Counted from the stretch's first letter, positions 35,518 through 55,866 are shown. The stretch is DNA of 64,000 nucleotides from Phaeosaccion multiseriatum (GCA_965112735.1 OZ218952.1:2604001-2668000), one strand, 5' to 3'. Numbers and translations are program-made. Notes: a model not told the origin generated them from the letters alone.

Positions 35518-38243
35518 TTGTATGTCAATTAACCGCCCTGGATGTCAGTAGGACCGAAATTTTTAGTCAATTTTTAATTTTTTTTCATCGGCTGGGGCGC
35601 GTGAGGGAGGAGATGAATACTAGATACAAGGACTATCCCAGACGAAGCGCTTGTGCAAGCTTGAGGAAAACACAGTGAACTCGGGATTAGGCAGCTGAGA
35701 GCGTGCTCGCAGCAGCTTTGTGGCAAGAATTAGCGGGTGAGCTGCAAAGGTGCGTTTTTCGCCAACCTTGGTTTCGAGAGAGAGAGAGGACGGAGGGGGG
35801 TATACCCATAGAGATCAGCCGTGGGCAAGATAGGATCTCTTCTCCAGGAGTATGCGAAACTTTTCATATGCGTCGCATGCTCTTCTGCCTCCAGCTCGTC
35901 GGCAGTTTTGCCCCTGAAGTTAGGGTACTCCACCTTCACAGTTGGATGTCTCTGAGACGTGGACACTGCTCTATTCTACCGATTTTCAGGGCCCATGAGG
36001 GCGTCATCTCGTCCGCAGGACACGTCTGATGACCCCCGTACCGCTGCTGTCCATGGGCGGGGGGCAAGAGGTCTATGGCAGGTCGTCACCCGCGGTGGCC
36101 GAAAAGGTGAGGGCGCACGAGAGGGGGAGAGGGCGTGAGATGGAAGGCTTCGCCTGGCAGTTACGAGCGGGGCAAGAGGGATCAACATCACTCATATATA
36201 GCCTGGCTTGTGACCAAGTTTTAGCTTCAAAGGTCATAATCCCATGTGCAAAATCGCATACGTGTACTCCCCTCTCTTTTGCCTTTGAAGGGTCCTTTTT
36301 GTGAGGTCATGAGCAGCCGATCCCACGCCCTGTCAGAGCATCGGTCTTGCTTAAGGGGCGTAATACTAACTCCCCTGCCCCCTGTTATTGCGGGACGTGG
36401 GTGGTGGGGCTATCGGGGGGACTTCGACATCTTCTCCCGAGGTCACTGCACAGGTGGCGAAGTATGAGGGTGGAGAGGAAAGGGAAGGAACCTTCCCGGC
36501 AGAGTCAAGGGCGACACAAGGTATGTTGTGGCATCTAGTGTGTGAGTTGTCAGATGTCCAACTTTCAGCTTCAGCGAGCTTAACCAGACATGGGAAATCA
36601 CCTCGTGTCCACCTCCCTAATTTTGGCCCCTTCGGTTAGGTCATCACGAGGGTCATTACCGGGGCAGGAGAACGACTGCGGCTACCATCCTGCCTCTCTT
36701 CAGGGAGCGAGAAGGTAAGGAGCAAGGGGTTCACGAGCGGCAGTGGCCAGACGAGCGGGGGGAAGAGAAGCGGGCGTCCAGATAGAAGTCAAGCTTATCC
36801 GCCTCGTCGTCCACCCCGGGGGACGCCGTTGCTGCACGATCAGCTGCAGCTCCTCCTGGCTACTGCGGATGAGCGTGCTCGTATTGAAGCCTACCAGCCA
36901 CGAGTGAGAGAAGCTCAATCAAGCAGCAGCTGGACGCGCCATCGGCTGCCGAGGCGGCCATGGGAGCTGAGCCGGAGAAAGGGGGGGGGGTAGCGTGCTG
37001 TTGCTGTGGATGGTGGTGTTCGTCGTGGCACATGGTCGAAAAGCGAGAATGACTCAGGGGCGACAGGACGATGAGCCGCAAGGCCATACTCAAGTCGCTG
37101 ACCGCCCTGTATGCAGAGAAAGTGGGGTGGAGGCCGTGGCAGGGGGGTTAGGAGCTGCCAGAGGAGGGCTTGGCGGGCTACCGAGACGGATTTCGCAGGT
37201 AAGACGGAGCCTCGTGCAGCATCTATAGTAGCAGTAGCCGTAGCAGCACCGATAAGGGGAGGAGGGGCAGTGTGTGTACAGTTGGAGCTGCCCATCCGTG
37301 AAATTGGGTTAAAATGACGAATATACACATAGATAGCGTTGTAAATCGCATCCTCGCCAAGGAGAGCATGTAAAGAGTACCAAATCGGCGCATGGTCATG
37401 AGGTATAGCCTCGCGTTGTATCTGGCCCATATCTATCGTCATACCCTCTCTTCCCCCTCGATCGAGGGTCAGGATGACGACGAAAAGGGGCCCTTCACAC
37501 TTGTAAATTCTCTCCCTCGCTCTGTAGCTCCTGAAAGGACACTTCGAGCTGCCCAGCACTCAGCAGACTATGTATCCCTCAAGGCTTCTCAAGGGTTTCA
37601 TCTCTCGTGGTCTGCTGGTCGCACACGCTCCTCCCTCTCCTCACCATTTTTGAGGTGAAAACTGCTGCCATAAGTGTTTCCATCTCGCCTCACCCCTTCT
37701 GCTCCACAGCACCTGCAATCGCACTCTTAGCTGCTCAACGTCGACTTCCATATGTGGGTCGCAGTCTGCTCAAAGCCATTCCTCCCTCATGGGCTCTTGC
37801 TCGCACACGCTCTTCCCCCACTCCCCCCTTGTTTGAGGCCCAAATTCCCGCCAAGGCAACGGACATTTCAGCTCCACATGTTAGCCCACTATCTCCTAAG
37901 ACCGCGCTCCCAGCTTCACATCGGCTATTTGACTACATAATCCGTATTCAGCCCGAAGATTATCACCTCTTGTGTGAGCTACGCCTCTCTCTTTCTCCCT
38001 TCTTCAGGGGCAAAGATCTCGTCAACATAGCAGCACATTTCACCTCCTAAATCGCTCTATACAGACGCAACAATCAGACTTTAAGCTGCTCAACATCTAG
38101 AATACTGTCTTTGCCTCAGATCTCCCGAAGCGCTTCGCCTGTGGTGCTCTGTAGCGTGCGTAATACCTCTTTTCCTGAGCCCACTCAAAATGTTGATTCT
38201 ACTGATCTTCTACTGACATCCAGGGCGGTTAATTGACATACAA
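35518..38243. mobile_element. Segment bounded by a perfect 34-bp inverted repeat (35518-35551 / 38210-38243) with diverged inner inverted homology; TE-derived
   Basis: ttgtatgtcaattaaccgccctggatgtcagtag is the exact reverse complement of ctactgacatccagggcggttaattgacatacaa. Weaker inverted similarity between ~35630-35750 and ~38030-38145. No clear TSD. Confidence 0.6.
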
Positions 38244-38610
38244 GGGTTCTCCTGACGGGCGCGTTCTAAGTTGTTGTTACAATCTTTCCTCTTCCTTCTC
38301 TCTGCTATCTCTCTACTCTTCTGGTGAGAGTCTGCATATCTGCTGCTTGTGATTTCTATTGCTATGCTATGGCTGCTTTAGCAGGACCTTGTAAGAAAAA
38401 GAAAGGTTACTCTCCAGAACTCACCTCCTGCCCTCCCCACGGCTTTCAACGAAACTAATGGAACCAACAACACCTTTGTCTCGCCCCTGCTGTCTTCCCA
38501 TCACCTGAACTCAACACAGCGTACTACCTGAATATCACAATAGGTACTTCTTTTTTTGGCTTCCTGAAGAGTGAGCCTCTCCCCGGAGGAGTGGTGGGGT
38601 GCGAGGGGTA

Positions 38611-38672
38611 AGAGGGGCCTTGGGCGCGAGGTGTAGAGGGGCCTTGGGCGCGAGGTGTAAGAGGGGCCTTGG
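38611..38672 (+). repeat. ~25-bp tandem repeat in the PKG 5' leader
   Basis: agaggggccttgggcgcgaggtgt(a) repeated about 2.5 times just upstream of the ATG. Confidence 0.85.
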
Positions 38673-38681
38673 TCGAGAAGT

Positions 38682-45952
<7,271 letters not shown>

Positions 45953-46770
45953 AGGCGCTTGTAGAGGTCTTCTACCATGGCACAACCAAAAGATCTTGAG
46001 GCGCCTCTACCTACCCCTTTTAGGTATACCCTAACTACTTATAAATATTACATTCTGGAGAAGGGAGGGAACGAGTGGGGTGGGGTGGGCAGAGAGCATG
46101 GATTAGGAGTACCTTTTGTTCAACTAACAAGTTTGCATAGGAGTCTTCCCGAAGGCGGACTTTACCTGCCTTCCTGGAGTGTATCTCACCTTACCATTGC
46201 TACACATAACCTTACATCATGAATACCTTGAAACAATCGTCTTGTGCAAAAATACCAAACATGTATTGACCCTTACAAGCGTTCAGCACGTTTGCGTGAG
46301 TGCGTTGTACCAAAATGTCCAAGTCAAGCCGCGAGGCACTGCTCCAAACGGTTGTGCTTCTCTCCTGTTCTTCTCATCCATCATCCTGTCGTCAACTCTC
46401 ATTTGTGTACGTAAATGTCTGTCGTGGAAGAGCTGCTGTCTGTCCACGGCGAGGATACAAAACAATGGAAGCGAGGCATAGAAAGGTGACGTCGAGCCCC
46501 GTTTTGATGCCTTCTTTTTTGTGTGGCCATCCTTTCCGTGGGTACACAGTACTACGTAGTACATCGTAGCTCCTCCACAACTGACCAGTGCAGTGACGTC
46601 TCCATGAGCCATACGCGTGGTCGATCCTCCATCCCTACTTGAGCGACAGGCAGGGAAGGGACCAGCACCCCCCCCCCCTCGCTCAGTCGTATGCAAGATC
46701 CCCTTTATGCTTCATCCATGCCCATGCTCATGCTCTGCCTTGTATACCCATGCGTGTTGGTGGTTCATCA

Positions 46771-47718
46771 TCACGGTGCTGCTGCAGCCAACAACGGCAA
46801 CGTCCTGCGCTTGCCCCACCAGAAGCTCGCGGAGAAGCTCACCTCCCGTGCCTCGATAAAGTGCCACCACAAGGGGGGTATGTAGAGCACCTCTCCCTCC
46901 CGGAGTACACCCGTCAGCCGCGGCACCGATGCAAACAGGGGAAAGGCGGTGGAATCGGGGTTCTGGTCGGAATAGCAGGTAGGAAAGGTAGTAGGCCGAC
47001 CAATTAAACAAGTCAAAGCATGAGGGGAGGAGGAGTAGGCAGGAGGGAGGAGGGAGCAAATCCCCGAGTACTTCATATTATAAAAAGTGCAGTGGGAGGC
47101 AGGTCTGCCTTTACCCAACTCCCCTTCCCTGCCTTAGTATACACACACCTGTACCTGAATAGCTCCCATCGCTTCTCTCACCTTGCAATCGACTTGGCTG
47201 GTGTTGCCCATGATGCCGCCGTGTGGGTACAGCTTGGAGGAGTGGGCGGGATCCATCAGCTCCACTGACTTACTGCCCACCACCTGCAAGAGGGGCAGTC
47301 ATTCGGAATAATGGGCAACAATAGCATTGAATGCGAATGTGAGATGGCGGGTGGACGAGTGGGACGGGGAAGGCCACAGTCACAGTGAGTCAGTTGGTCA
47401 GCCAGCCAGCCAGTTAGCCAGTCAGCCAGTCAGCCAGTCAGTAAGTCAGTAAGTCAGTGAGTCAGTCATTCAGCCTGTCACTCTCCACTTACCTGCGCCA
47501 GCAGATTGTGGTAAGGGTCGTTGTGCAGGGGAGACACGGTGTTACCCGGTCCGAACCACTGGTGATATCGGTCGTATAGGAGACAAAGCCAAGGAGGAGG
47601 AGGGGAAGACACGCCATCGTCCAAGCAAAGGACAAGAGGCAGGAGCAGAGGGGAGAAAGGAGGTGAGTCAATGTGTGGCTAGGAGTGGCGCCTCTCGTCT
47701 ATCTTATCTATCTGTCTG

Positions 47719-47797
<79 letters not shown>

Positions 47798-49731
47798 GTC
47801 TATCTATCTATTTACCTATCTATCTATCTATCTATCCTTCTTTCTATCCATCCATCCATCTATCGGGTGACTTATCGATCCAAAAAGCCGTCCTCTGCCC
47901 ACTCACTCACCGCGTTGATGGCCACCTCCCCCCCCTCCACGTCCTCCTCCTCGTCGCTGAGAGCGAGTGCGCAGTAGTCAGGCACGACGATGTCCGCCTT
48001 GAGAGAGGGCACTTGCTCAAAGAGTTCGTGTTGTGCGAGATAGCCCACCACTTGCCCTTCAACGCCGCCCGTACTGCTGCTGCTCCCACCCCTGCTATCA
48101 GCGCCAAGCGCAGCCTCTGCTAGGCATGAGGGAGCAGGGACGTCTGGATCTTTCTGTCTCTGAACACCAGCACCGGCACCAGCCCCAGCACCAGCCCCAG
48201 CACCAGCACCACCAGCACCACCAGCACCATCAGCACCAGTAGCAGCACCACCACCAGTACCACCAGCTGCAGCAGGGCCCTCGATATGGCGCTCGATGAA
48301 GTCCCCGAGGGTCATGAGTGTCTGGCTCCAGCCCTCCTCCATGTAGCTGCTGCCCAGCTCCACAGGCACTGTGCGATGCCCAGCCGTCTTTTTGAGGTAG
48401 TCCATGTCTCGCCAGCAGCGCCGCCCCCCCCCCTCCTTCCGCCCATCCCCCCCGTCCGGCTGATGTACCACCAACTGCTGCGGCTGCTGCAAGGCCGGCC
48501 AGTGCCCGATGGCGCCCTCCAAGATGACGGGGGTGGAGGTTTCCATGAAGTCGCGCAGGAAGCTCAGCATGGAGGGACTCCGCACTCGGCGGATAGGCCC
48601 GGTAGCCGGAGGAGGAGGAGCAGGAGGAGGAGGAGCAGGAGCAGAAGTGACAGGGGAGGAGGAGGAGGAGGAGGAGGAGGAGGAGGAGGAGGAGGAGGAG
48701 GAGACGGCGCCCGCTGCAGGAGGCGTTGGTAGTTTTCGCGCGGTATCGTCCTGCCCTACCCCACTCGTGTGATTGCTGGTGTCCCTCTTGCCGCAAGCTT
48801 CTCCCGCGTCTCGCTTGGTCCCCCTCCCCCTTCCTCCCCAGCCCCCGAAGTCTGCCGGTCCGAGTGCTTGTGCTTGTGCTGGTGCTGTAGTATTGCCACT
48901 GTCATGAATCGCATCAATCAATGCATTGGCGACGCTCTTATGAGAAGGCCCTCCGAGAAGAAGGCCCATATCGAGTTCACGCAGCACCGCCGCCAGCAAC
49001 AAGGCCTCCTCCTCCTCCTCCTCCTCCTCCTCCTCCTCCTCCTCCTCCCCCCTACTCTGCTGGCTCTTTGGGCCTCCCCCCTGTCCAGGTCCGCCCCCCC
49101 CTTGTCCCTCTCCCCTCTTTTCCCGTGGTGGTATCATCTTGTTCATCATCATGACAGCAGCAGCGGCCGCACTGCAGCTAGCCAGCCCATAGACCAGGCG
49201 GTGGTGCTTCCCGACCTGGTGCCAGGAGGGCCCACTGTGTAGCCTCTCCCACGCAAACTCGCGAGCCTCTACCGCTGCCTCACGCGCCTCCCACCACAGC
49301 TGCTGCTGCTGTTGCTCCTGCTGCTCGGCAGCACTCGATCTAGTAGCAGTAGGGTTGGTAGCGGCGGCAAGTCCGTTCGCGAGAGCGGCGAGACTCTTCT
49401 CCAAGAGTTGCACGCAGAGATGCGCTCCGTCCTCCGCGAGCGCCGCCGCATCCGCAGGAGGCAGCGCTAAGCTACAGCAGTCGCGTCCTGACCGGAGTGA
49501 GAGTGCACCATCGCCATACTCAGACGGCAGGTACTGCTTCAACACGCTCAAGACGCCTTGTTGCCTTTGCTCCGGAGGCGACGGATCCGTCTCTGAGGCA
49601 AAGTGCTGATCCTCAGGCTCCCTCCCTCCATCACTGTCACCGTCGTCGCTACTACTACCAGATCCGCTTCCACCTCTTCGCCTGCGTTTCCGGTTCCGCC
49701 TCTCCAACAGGCGCAAGGTGGCTGCCTTCAT
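46771..49731 (-). CDS. JMJD5: JmjC-domain hydroxylase, JMJD5/KDM8-like; 4 exons
   Basis: [65 protein letters not shown] and [18 protein letters not shown]. The HxD...H iron triad is intact. Confidence 0.93.
47701..47862. repeat. (TCTA)n intronic microsatellite
   Basis: About 35 units seen directly, inside JMJD5 intron 1. Confidence 0.95.
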
Positions 49732-49839
49732 CGCTTGGTGGGGCCAAGCGATACAGCCAAGCTGTGGGGAGCAGGTTGATTACTTTTATCCCCCCTTTTT
49801 TCCACTTTTGCTTTGAAAGGAGTGAGCCAAGAAAAGAGA

Positions 49840-50746
49840 ATGAGCAGTATCAAGAGCATCCCGGTGACGCTTGAGGCAACGGAGGGGGAGGAAGACGAGA
49901 AAGGAGGCGCAGAGGACCAGCAGCAGCAGGAGGAGGAGCACGAGCAGGGTGAGGAGCGAGGCCACAGCAAGGGAAGCAAGAGGGCGAGGGAAGGAGCCAA
50001 GGTCATACCAGAGTGGTCCATGGTGGAGCTGCAGGGGGAAATCAAGTGCTCCGCCCCGCTGAGCGGGCAGCTGCTGGGGCACCTGTCAAAGGCGGCCAAC
50101 GTGAGTGGGGCGAAGGAGAAATTTGAGCCAAATATGCTGCTACCCCATCCCACTCATCGTGGTGCCTCTTTCCCTCTCCTATATCACACAGGGCAATCCC
50201 ACGCTTATCATAAACAACAACAAAATGGAGGGAAAGGTACGAGAGAACGCAGCGGAAACAACCGAATGAATCGAACGCCTTCACTTACACCCCCTCGCCT
50301 CCCTCCTTCGATCCTCTCGTTTCGTCTCCTATCCATGACCTTCTACATTGGCTGAATCTACCCCATGACAATAGGTGACTAGTTTGCCCAAGCCCATGCT
50401 CGTCTTTAAGCGCATTCGCCGCGAGCCTTCCCCGCAAGACAGCACCACATCCCGTGGGGAGGAGGGCGAGAAGGAGGGCGGCGCTACACAAGGCAAGTGC
50501 TCTGCTTCCCTGCAATACAGCCGTAGGATTGTCGCGCCGCTGCTGTGAGGTGAATGCTCTGGGCCTCCACTAAACGTCGCCTCCCTTGATTGGCCTCTGC
50601 TGTTCTCCCTCCCCTCCCTCCCTCCCCGCACAGCCCCGCTCTCCTCCCCAGCGACCACTTCGTACTCCATAGTGGGGCGTGTTGAGAGCAAGATGCACTT
50701 CAAGAACAGACCGCGGCCCATCATGAACAGCAGCCAGAAGACGTGA
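49840..50746 (+). CDS. CTF8: Chromosome transmission fidelity protein 8 (CTF18-RFC subunit); 4 exons, the last intron probably GC-AG
   Basis: EWSMVELQGEI, LSGQLLGHL, GNPTLIINNNKMEGK|VTSLPKPMLVFKR and YSIVGRVESKMHFKNRPRPI* match the CTF8 pattern. Confidence 0.82.
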
Positions 50747-52081
50747 AGTCAAGTCAAGTCAAGTCAAGTGAAGCTCGCCCAGCAGCAGTAAGGCCAGCGG
50801 GCCCGTCAGTGACCGCTGCCATCGCACTACTTGGGAGGAGGGAGGGCTATGCGGCGGCGAGCCCGGTAAGACAAAAGCGGTGCGGCTCCTCTCCTCCTCA
50901 GCGCGTGGCGTGGGTGGACCGCTGGGGTTCCCAGAGAGCGCAAGATGCTTTTGAATGCCTTATGGGACAGAGTCATCGCAACAGGGAGGCGGACACGAAG
51001 ACGGGGCCGGGGCAGCACTGAGGGAGGATGAGGAGGAGAGGAGTGCAGCGCTGCTTCAGTCCAGCGAGCGAGCGTTGTCTCTGCAGGAGTATGCCCGTAT
51101 GACTGTACCGCACAATCTGTTCTTCTGCGTACGGCCTGGCCCAGCAGCGGCTGCCCACAGTTTGGCACCGGAACAGCAACAGCACTGTGCAACAGTACTT
51201 CGAGAAAGCGTTTTTAAGTCGTTTGGGTCGTCCTGGGCGGTGTTACGAGCTTGCTGCTGCTGCTGCGGGCGTGAGGGGAGCGCTGCTGGAGTTGGAGCCA
51301 CGACAAGTCTTTGTAACGACTGATTGGAAAGGCCCGGTAGGCAGCGACTGGTGGGCAGAGCCAGGCGGGCCGGCAGTCCGTCGGTCAGTTCATGCACCGG
51401 CACTGCGTCAGAGGGCAGGACGGGGAAGCGGAGGTTACAGGCACGGCAGCCATGCTTGGAGCGTCTTGTCCTCTTTCTTTCCTGAGCCTTCTACCATGAG
51501 ACAAATAAACATGTAACCATCAGGATAAACGAGTACGAGGAGCGAGTGTGTGTGTGGGGGGGTGGGGTGGTGGCACTGGCTGGTAGCGCTGGCTGGCTGG
51601 CACGAGGAATGATCGCAGTGTCCAATCTCAGCAGAAATGCGACGGCTGCCGTTAACAACAGCTTTACATTTATTTTTGTTCGCATGCGAAACACGTACCT
51701 CGGTTCGAGAAAACGTAAGGGACCGGGAAATTATAATCGGATTCGAAGGTATACAACTATTGGAATGGTGAGAGATCAAGAGCTAATATACATTATATAA
51801 CGACTTGCTTCTGTCCTGCTCTTGCGCCTTACTAGCTACGTTCTCTTCCTTTCTTGTGAAGACTGTTGGCTTCGCCTTGAACTGAGAGAGAAGTGGGGGA
51901 CCCATCCACTGCTATTGCTTTCTTGCTTCGGATCCCCCCCCAATCCACTTTCATGTAAAGTACGCGCACCCACACACACACCACACGCCACACGGCGCCC
52001 CCGTGAATCACCAGCGGGGTAAACAAGGACGCTTGTCGCCCGCGTTCTGGTTACGAACTAGTAGTAGTTGCTTAGAAGTTT

Positions 52082-53026
52082 TCATGCATCGCCTTCAGCC
52101 GCCTTGATCGATTTCGTGGTGGACTCCTTCATCTCCCTGATCTTGTCGTAGATTTCAATCATGGCGTCCAGTAACTCCTGCTGCGCATCATGAATAGCGG
52201 CGGCATCGGACTTCTCGACCTTATTTTCCGTGGCAAGACTCTGCAACCTTGAGTTGCACCATGTTCTGTCCTCCTCCGTCCCGTCGGCGAAGGAGGTGTC
52301 GCCATCCTTCTTGTCGAACTTGTCGAACTTGTCCTTGTCATCCTTGTTCAAGCTATCACGGAAATAGCCTTGCATAAGTCCGTGCGCTTCCCCAACAGAG
52401 TAGTGCTTGGGATTCTTCTTGATGTTCTCCGTAATTCTTTCGAACACTCTTCTCAAACGGTTCATGAAGGCCATGGACTGCTCGGCGGTGATCCCGGACA
52501 GTAAGGCAATCGCTTCAGAGTTCACTTTAGAAAGCTTCACTGTAGAGAGCGTCGCGACGAAGCACATGCCGTTCTTCAGCTTTGTGGTGATCCCATCGCT
52601 GCGCATCGTGTATGCGTAGACAAAGTAGTCCACACGCACCACCGCACTGTGTAACAACAACACAGTCATGCCTACCTTAGTCTTCTCACCGACTGTGGCA
52701 TTGCCAAGCACGGAGTCGAGCGCACCGAGGATCAAGCCCTTAAGTGACTTGAGGAACTTTCCACCGAATAGGTCTTCAACCACGCCGTTCAGCTTCTCAG
52801 ACGGCCCAGTTGACACATCAACGGTCTTTTCCGACTGCATCTTGATGATCGTGTCGACTGGTATAGTCCTGTCGGCCGTGTTCGGAGTGATGAGCTTCGC
52901 CTTGAACTGTTCCTCCTTGGCATCCAAGATGACGGACATCTGTGCGAGCTCCTTTTCCATCTCGGCTTGCGCCTCGGCCTGCGCCTGTTGAAGCTCCTTT
53001 GCCTTTGCGGATACCGTTTGTCCCAT
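52082..53026 (-). CDS. Intronless 314-aa uncharacterised protein with N-myristoylation motif
   Basis: Clean ORF without low complexity. MGQTVS fits MGxxxS. N- and C-terminal helical/coiled segments flank a beta-rich core (VVRVDYFVYAY, MCFVATLSTV). Confidence 0.8.
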   Translation of the reverse strand: MGQTVSAKAKELQQAQAEAQAEMEKELAQMSVILDAKEEQFKAKLITPNTADRTIPVDTIIKMQSEKTVDVSTGPSEKLNGVVEDLFGGKFLKSLKGLILGALDSVLGNATVGEKTKVGMTVLLLHSAVVRVDYFVYAYTMRSDGITTKLKNGMCFVATLSTVKLSKVNSEAIALLSGITAEQSMAFMNRLRRVFERITENIKKNPKHYSVGEAHGLMQGYFRDSLNKDDKDKFDKFDKKDGDTSFADGTEEDRTWCNSRLQSLATENKVEKSDAAAIHDAQQELLDAMIEIYDKIREMKESTTKSIKAAEGDA

Positions 53027-54650
53027 TGTTTTCTGCGTGTGGGGTGTGCCAGCTAACTGTGTTATCTACTCTGCTTAGAGTTTGGAAGGTGTGTTGTGGA
53101 AGGAAGGAAGGCAAAGGGAAAGGGGAAAAGCGTGGCAAGCAATCGAACCCTTTCCCCCCCCCTTGCTTCTTTACTGTTTGTTTTCTTTGTTTTGAAAAAT
53201 TAAAGAAGCAAAGAAATGAATTTAGGGGCTAAAGTAGCGAAGTTGCGCCAAGGTAGGCGTATAACAGCGTAATGAAAAATGCGAAGTTGCACCAAGCAAT
53301 GCGGGAACAGCGTGATTACCCCCAGAAGGCGACAACTTGTTCTTTACTGTTTCTTTTCCTTTGTTTGAAAAATTGGGGAAATCGATGTGGTGTGGGGCGG
53401 GGGGGCGGAGTTGGCCCTTTTCGGCCCCCGCGAGGTTTCTCTGGCTCCTGGCTTCTGGGCGGTAGCCCCCTCCTGCCTTCGGGCTTCTGGCCGCAGGCCA
53501 GCGCTGGCTGCTCGGCTTTCGGCCGCGAGCCGCATTTGGCTTCTTCTGCTTATTGGGGGCCAGAGAAACCTCGCGGGGGGCCGACCAAGGGTACTTTAAT
53601 GACGCTGTTTCCTCATGAATGCTTCAACTGACCTTGTTTGGGCCCCACCTTTTTTGGAAACAGGAAACAGGCCGGCTCGCGCCGTCCAGACACAGGAAAC
53701 AGGCCGCGGCGCTTGTGGGGCTCTCTGACAGCAGCCACGCATGCTGTATACTCCACCGCCGCTCGGCTGCTCATCGGCATGACATGCCCAAGTGGGTAGC
53801 TAGATAGTCCCTTTGGGACTGTGGCCCTGACCCTTTGCACATGGCTGCGCTCCAGCGGACTGTGCGTCTCACGAAAAAAGCATCCATCACGTTACAACAT
53901 TACTCTGTGTCGAAGCCTATTCCTTGCTTGTTAGTACAACGTGACAAGAAGAGGTGCTCTCAGCCACGTGGCGCCCACCACGGGCCCAGCGCAAGCCGGG
54001 CGAAACCAGGCTCCCTCTGGCAGCACCTCCGTAAGAGGAGGGTCGAGGAGCCCGGTGTGGTGGTACTTTGCACCACAAGCAACTGCCGTCGCAAAGTAAC
54101 GTGACCTGCCCTTCCACTTCGTCATGACGGGAAACGACGCAAACAGTACCAATTTTCTGCTTCTTGCCCGTATGCAGGTGTAGGTAACTCCCAGCACCCC
54201 CTCTCGCCCGACCGCGAGAGGGTGTCGTGGTCACCATGGCTCCCATCTTACGGTGGTGCAGCGTGGCTTCTTCATGACGTCATCGCTTTCGCTGCCGGAT
54301 TCCTCGTCTGAGGCGTCTGAGGACGGCACTACTTCTTCCCGTCATCTGAGCGAAGGCCTCTGCTCTCCCGGTCAACCCTCTCCCTGCTGGATGACTTCAC
54401 GGTGTCGCGCATGGCACACATGTCCATCACATGTCGTCACGGTAAACCCCATCAGGCGCCTGGTCAGAAGGGACTGAGTGAGTGCTCCTGCTCACATTGC
54501 CAGCGCCGTCATCCTTGCTGGTTGCTATCCTGGGCTACTTGCGCCCCTTTCCTCTCTCCTCCTTGCGCCCTTTCGCTCCTACCAAAAACTCTGCGAAGCC
54601 GTACACCGCGCTGCTGAATGAGGCCGCCTCACCGTAAATGGCTTCTGCGC

Positions 54651-55822
54651 TCACGTCGCCCTCGTGGGTGAACCTGTACACCAGCCCACCGGAGTCACAG
54701 CTGTTGCTGGCGACGTCGTCAACGTCCGCTTGATGTTAACCACGTAGAGCTCGCTGTTCGTGCTGCTGCACACGTGGACGCAGTCGTTCACCACAGCCAC
54801 CCCGCCTGTGCTCTTCAGACGCTCATCTCCGAGGACGATGGTGCAGTCCGCGGGAACGTGCTGAGCTTTGATCATCAGCACGGTACCACAAGCAGAGGAC
54901 TCAGCCAAAAAGATTACACCTGACCGCTGGTGGTAACCAAGACCCATGGGCTTCTCGGAAAAAGCCTTGTTGTTCTCCCGCCACCATCTGTTCCACTCTG
55001 GGCCGATGGTCCTGAGGATGAAAGCACACTTGGTTGGCGCTCTCCGTCGGTCAGTAGCGACTGGTTTGCTGGGTACGTCACGAGCGCCAGTGCTGTCTCG
55101 ATCGAGACCTTCTTCTTGTTCTTCTTCACAGCATCAAGGGCGATGGCTTGCTGTACCGTTTCCCGCACCTCCTCATCGGCGTCATGCCAGCGCGCAAGGG
55201 TACTCCGCACCCCAACAAAGTCATTGTCCTGTACCATCCACCAGATGTAAAGCGAAGATCGAATGCTCTTGATGGCGTGGATGAGGTCGGCGACAATCTC
55301 GAAATCCTTGTATCGATCCTCCGCTCCGAGGAGTCCACGCGTGTAGCACGCAGTCAGAGCGTGCTGTGTGTGAGGCGCACAGCTGTCATGGGAGACGAAC
55401 ATGACGTACATGCTCTTGCAAACTCCACCCTTCCTCCTGCACTTCGTGCACACACGTATCATGAAGTGAACGAGACGACGAGGGCAGTCCACCTCTCCGC
55501 ATGGCTCCTCCCCACAGCGACTGCAGTCCTGGCTGGCGGCAGTCGCACAGCTTCTGTGCGGCTCCCCAAGACACATCCTCGCCTGCTTGCACTCTCGCCC
55601 ACACGTCTTTCAAGCATGGGATGCAGACGTGGAGACATCCTAACATAGTGGGATGCAGACGTGGAGACATCCTAACATAGTCAGGATGTGGTCCAGCTCA
55701 CTCTCCCATGGCGCCGCAAATCGGAAGCCCAGCTGGGCAGCAACCTCGACCTTCAAGTCCATGCCTGTAACCGTCACCGCTCGGACGCATTCAGCAGCTC
55801 CTGGGCCCTTAGCTGCAATCAC
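54651..55822 (-). mobile_element. Degraded transposase-like ORF (Cys-rich insert, D...DxxHxxKxxR motif)
   Basis: CSRCGEEPC..C..VCTKCRRKGGVC, FVSHD, and ADLIHAIKSIRSSL resembling the P-element/THAP9 DxxH motif. Frameshifts and an internal ~32-bp tandem duplication at 55618-55681. Confidence 0.4.
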
Positions 55823-55823
55823 G

Positions 55824-55866
<43 letters not shown>

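Noticed and set aside
50750-51520. Short overlapping ORFs after CTF8
   Set aside because: No motifs or convincing splice structure on either strand.
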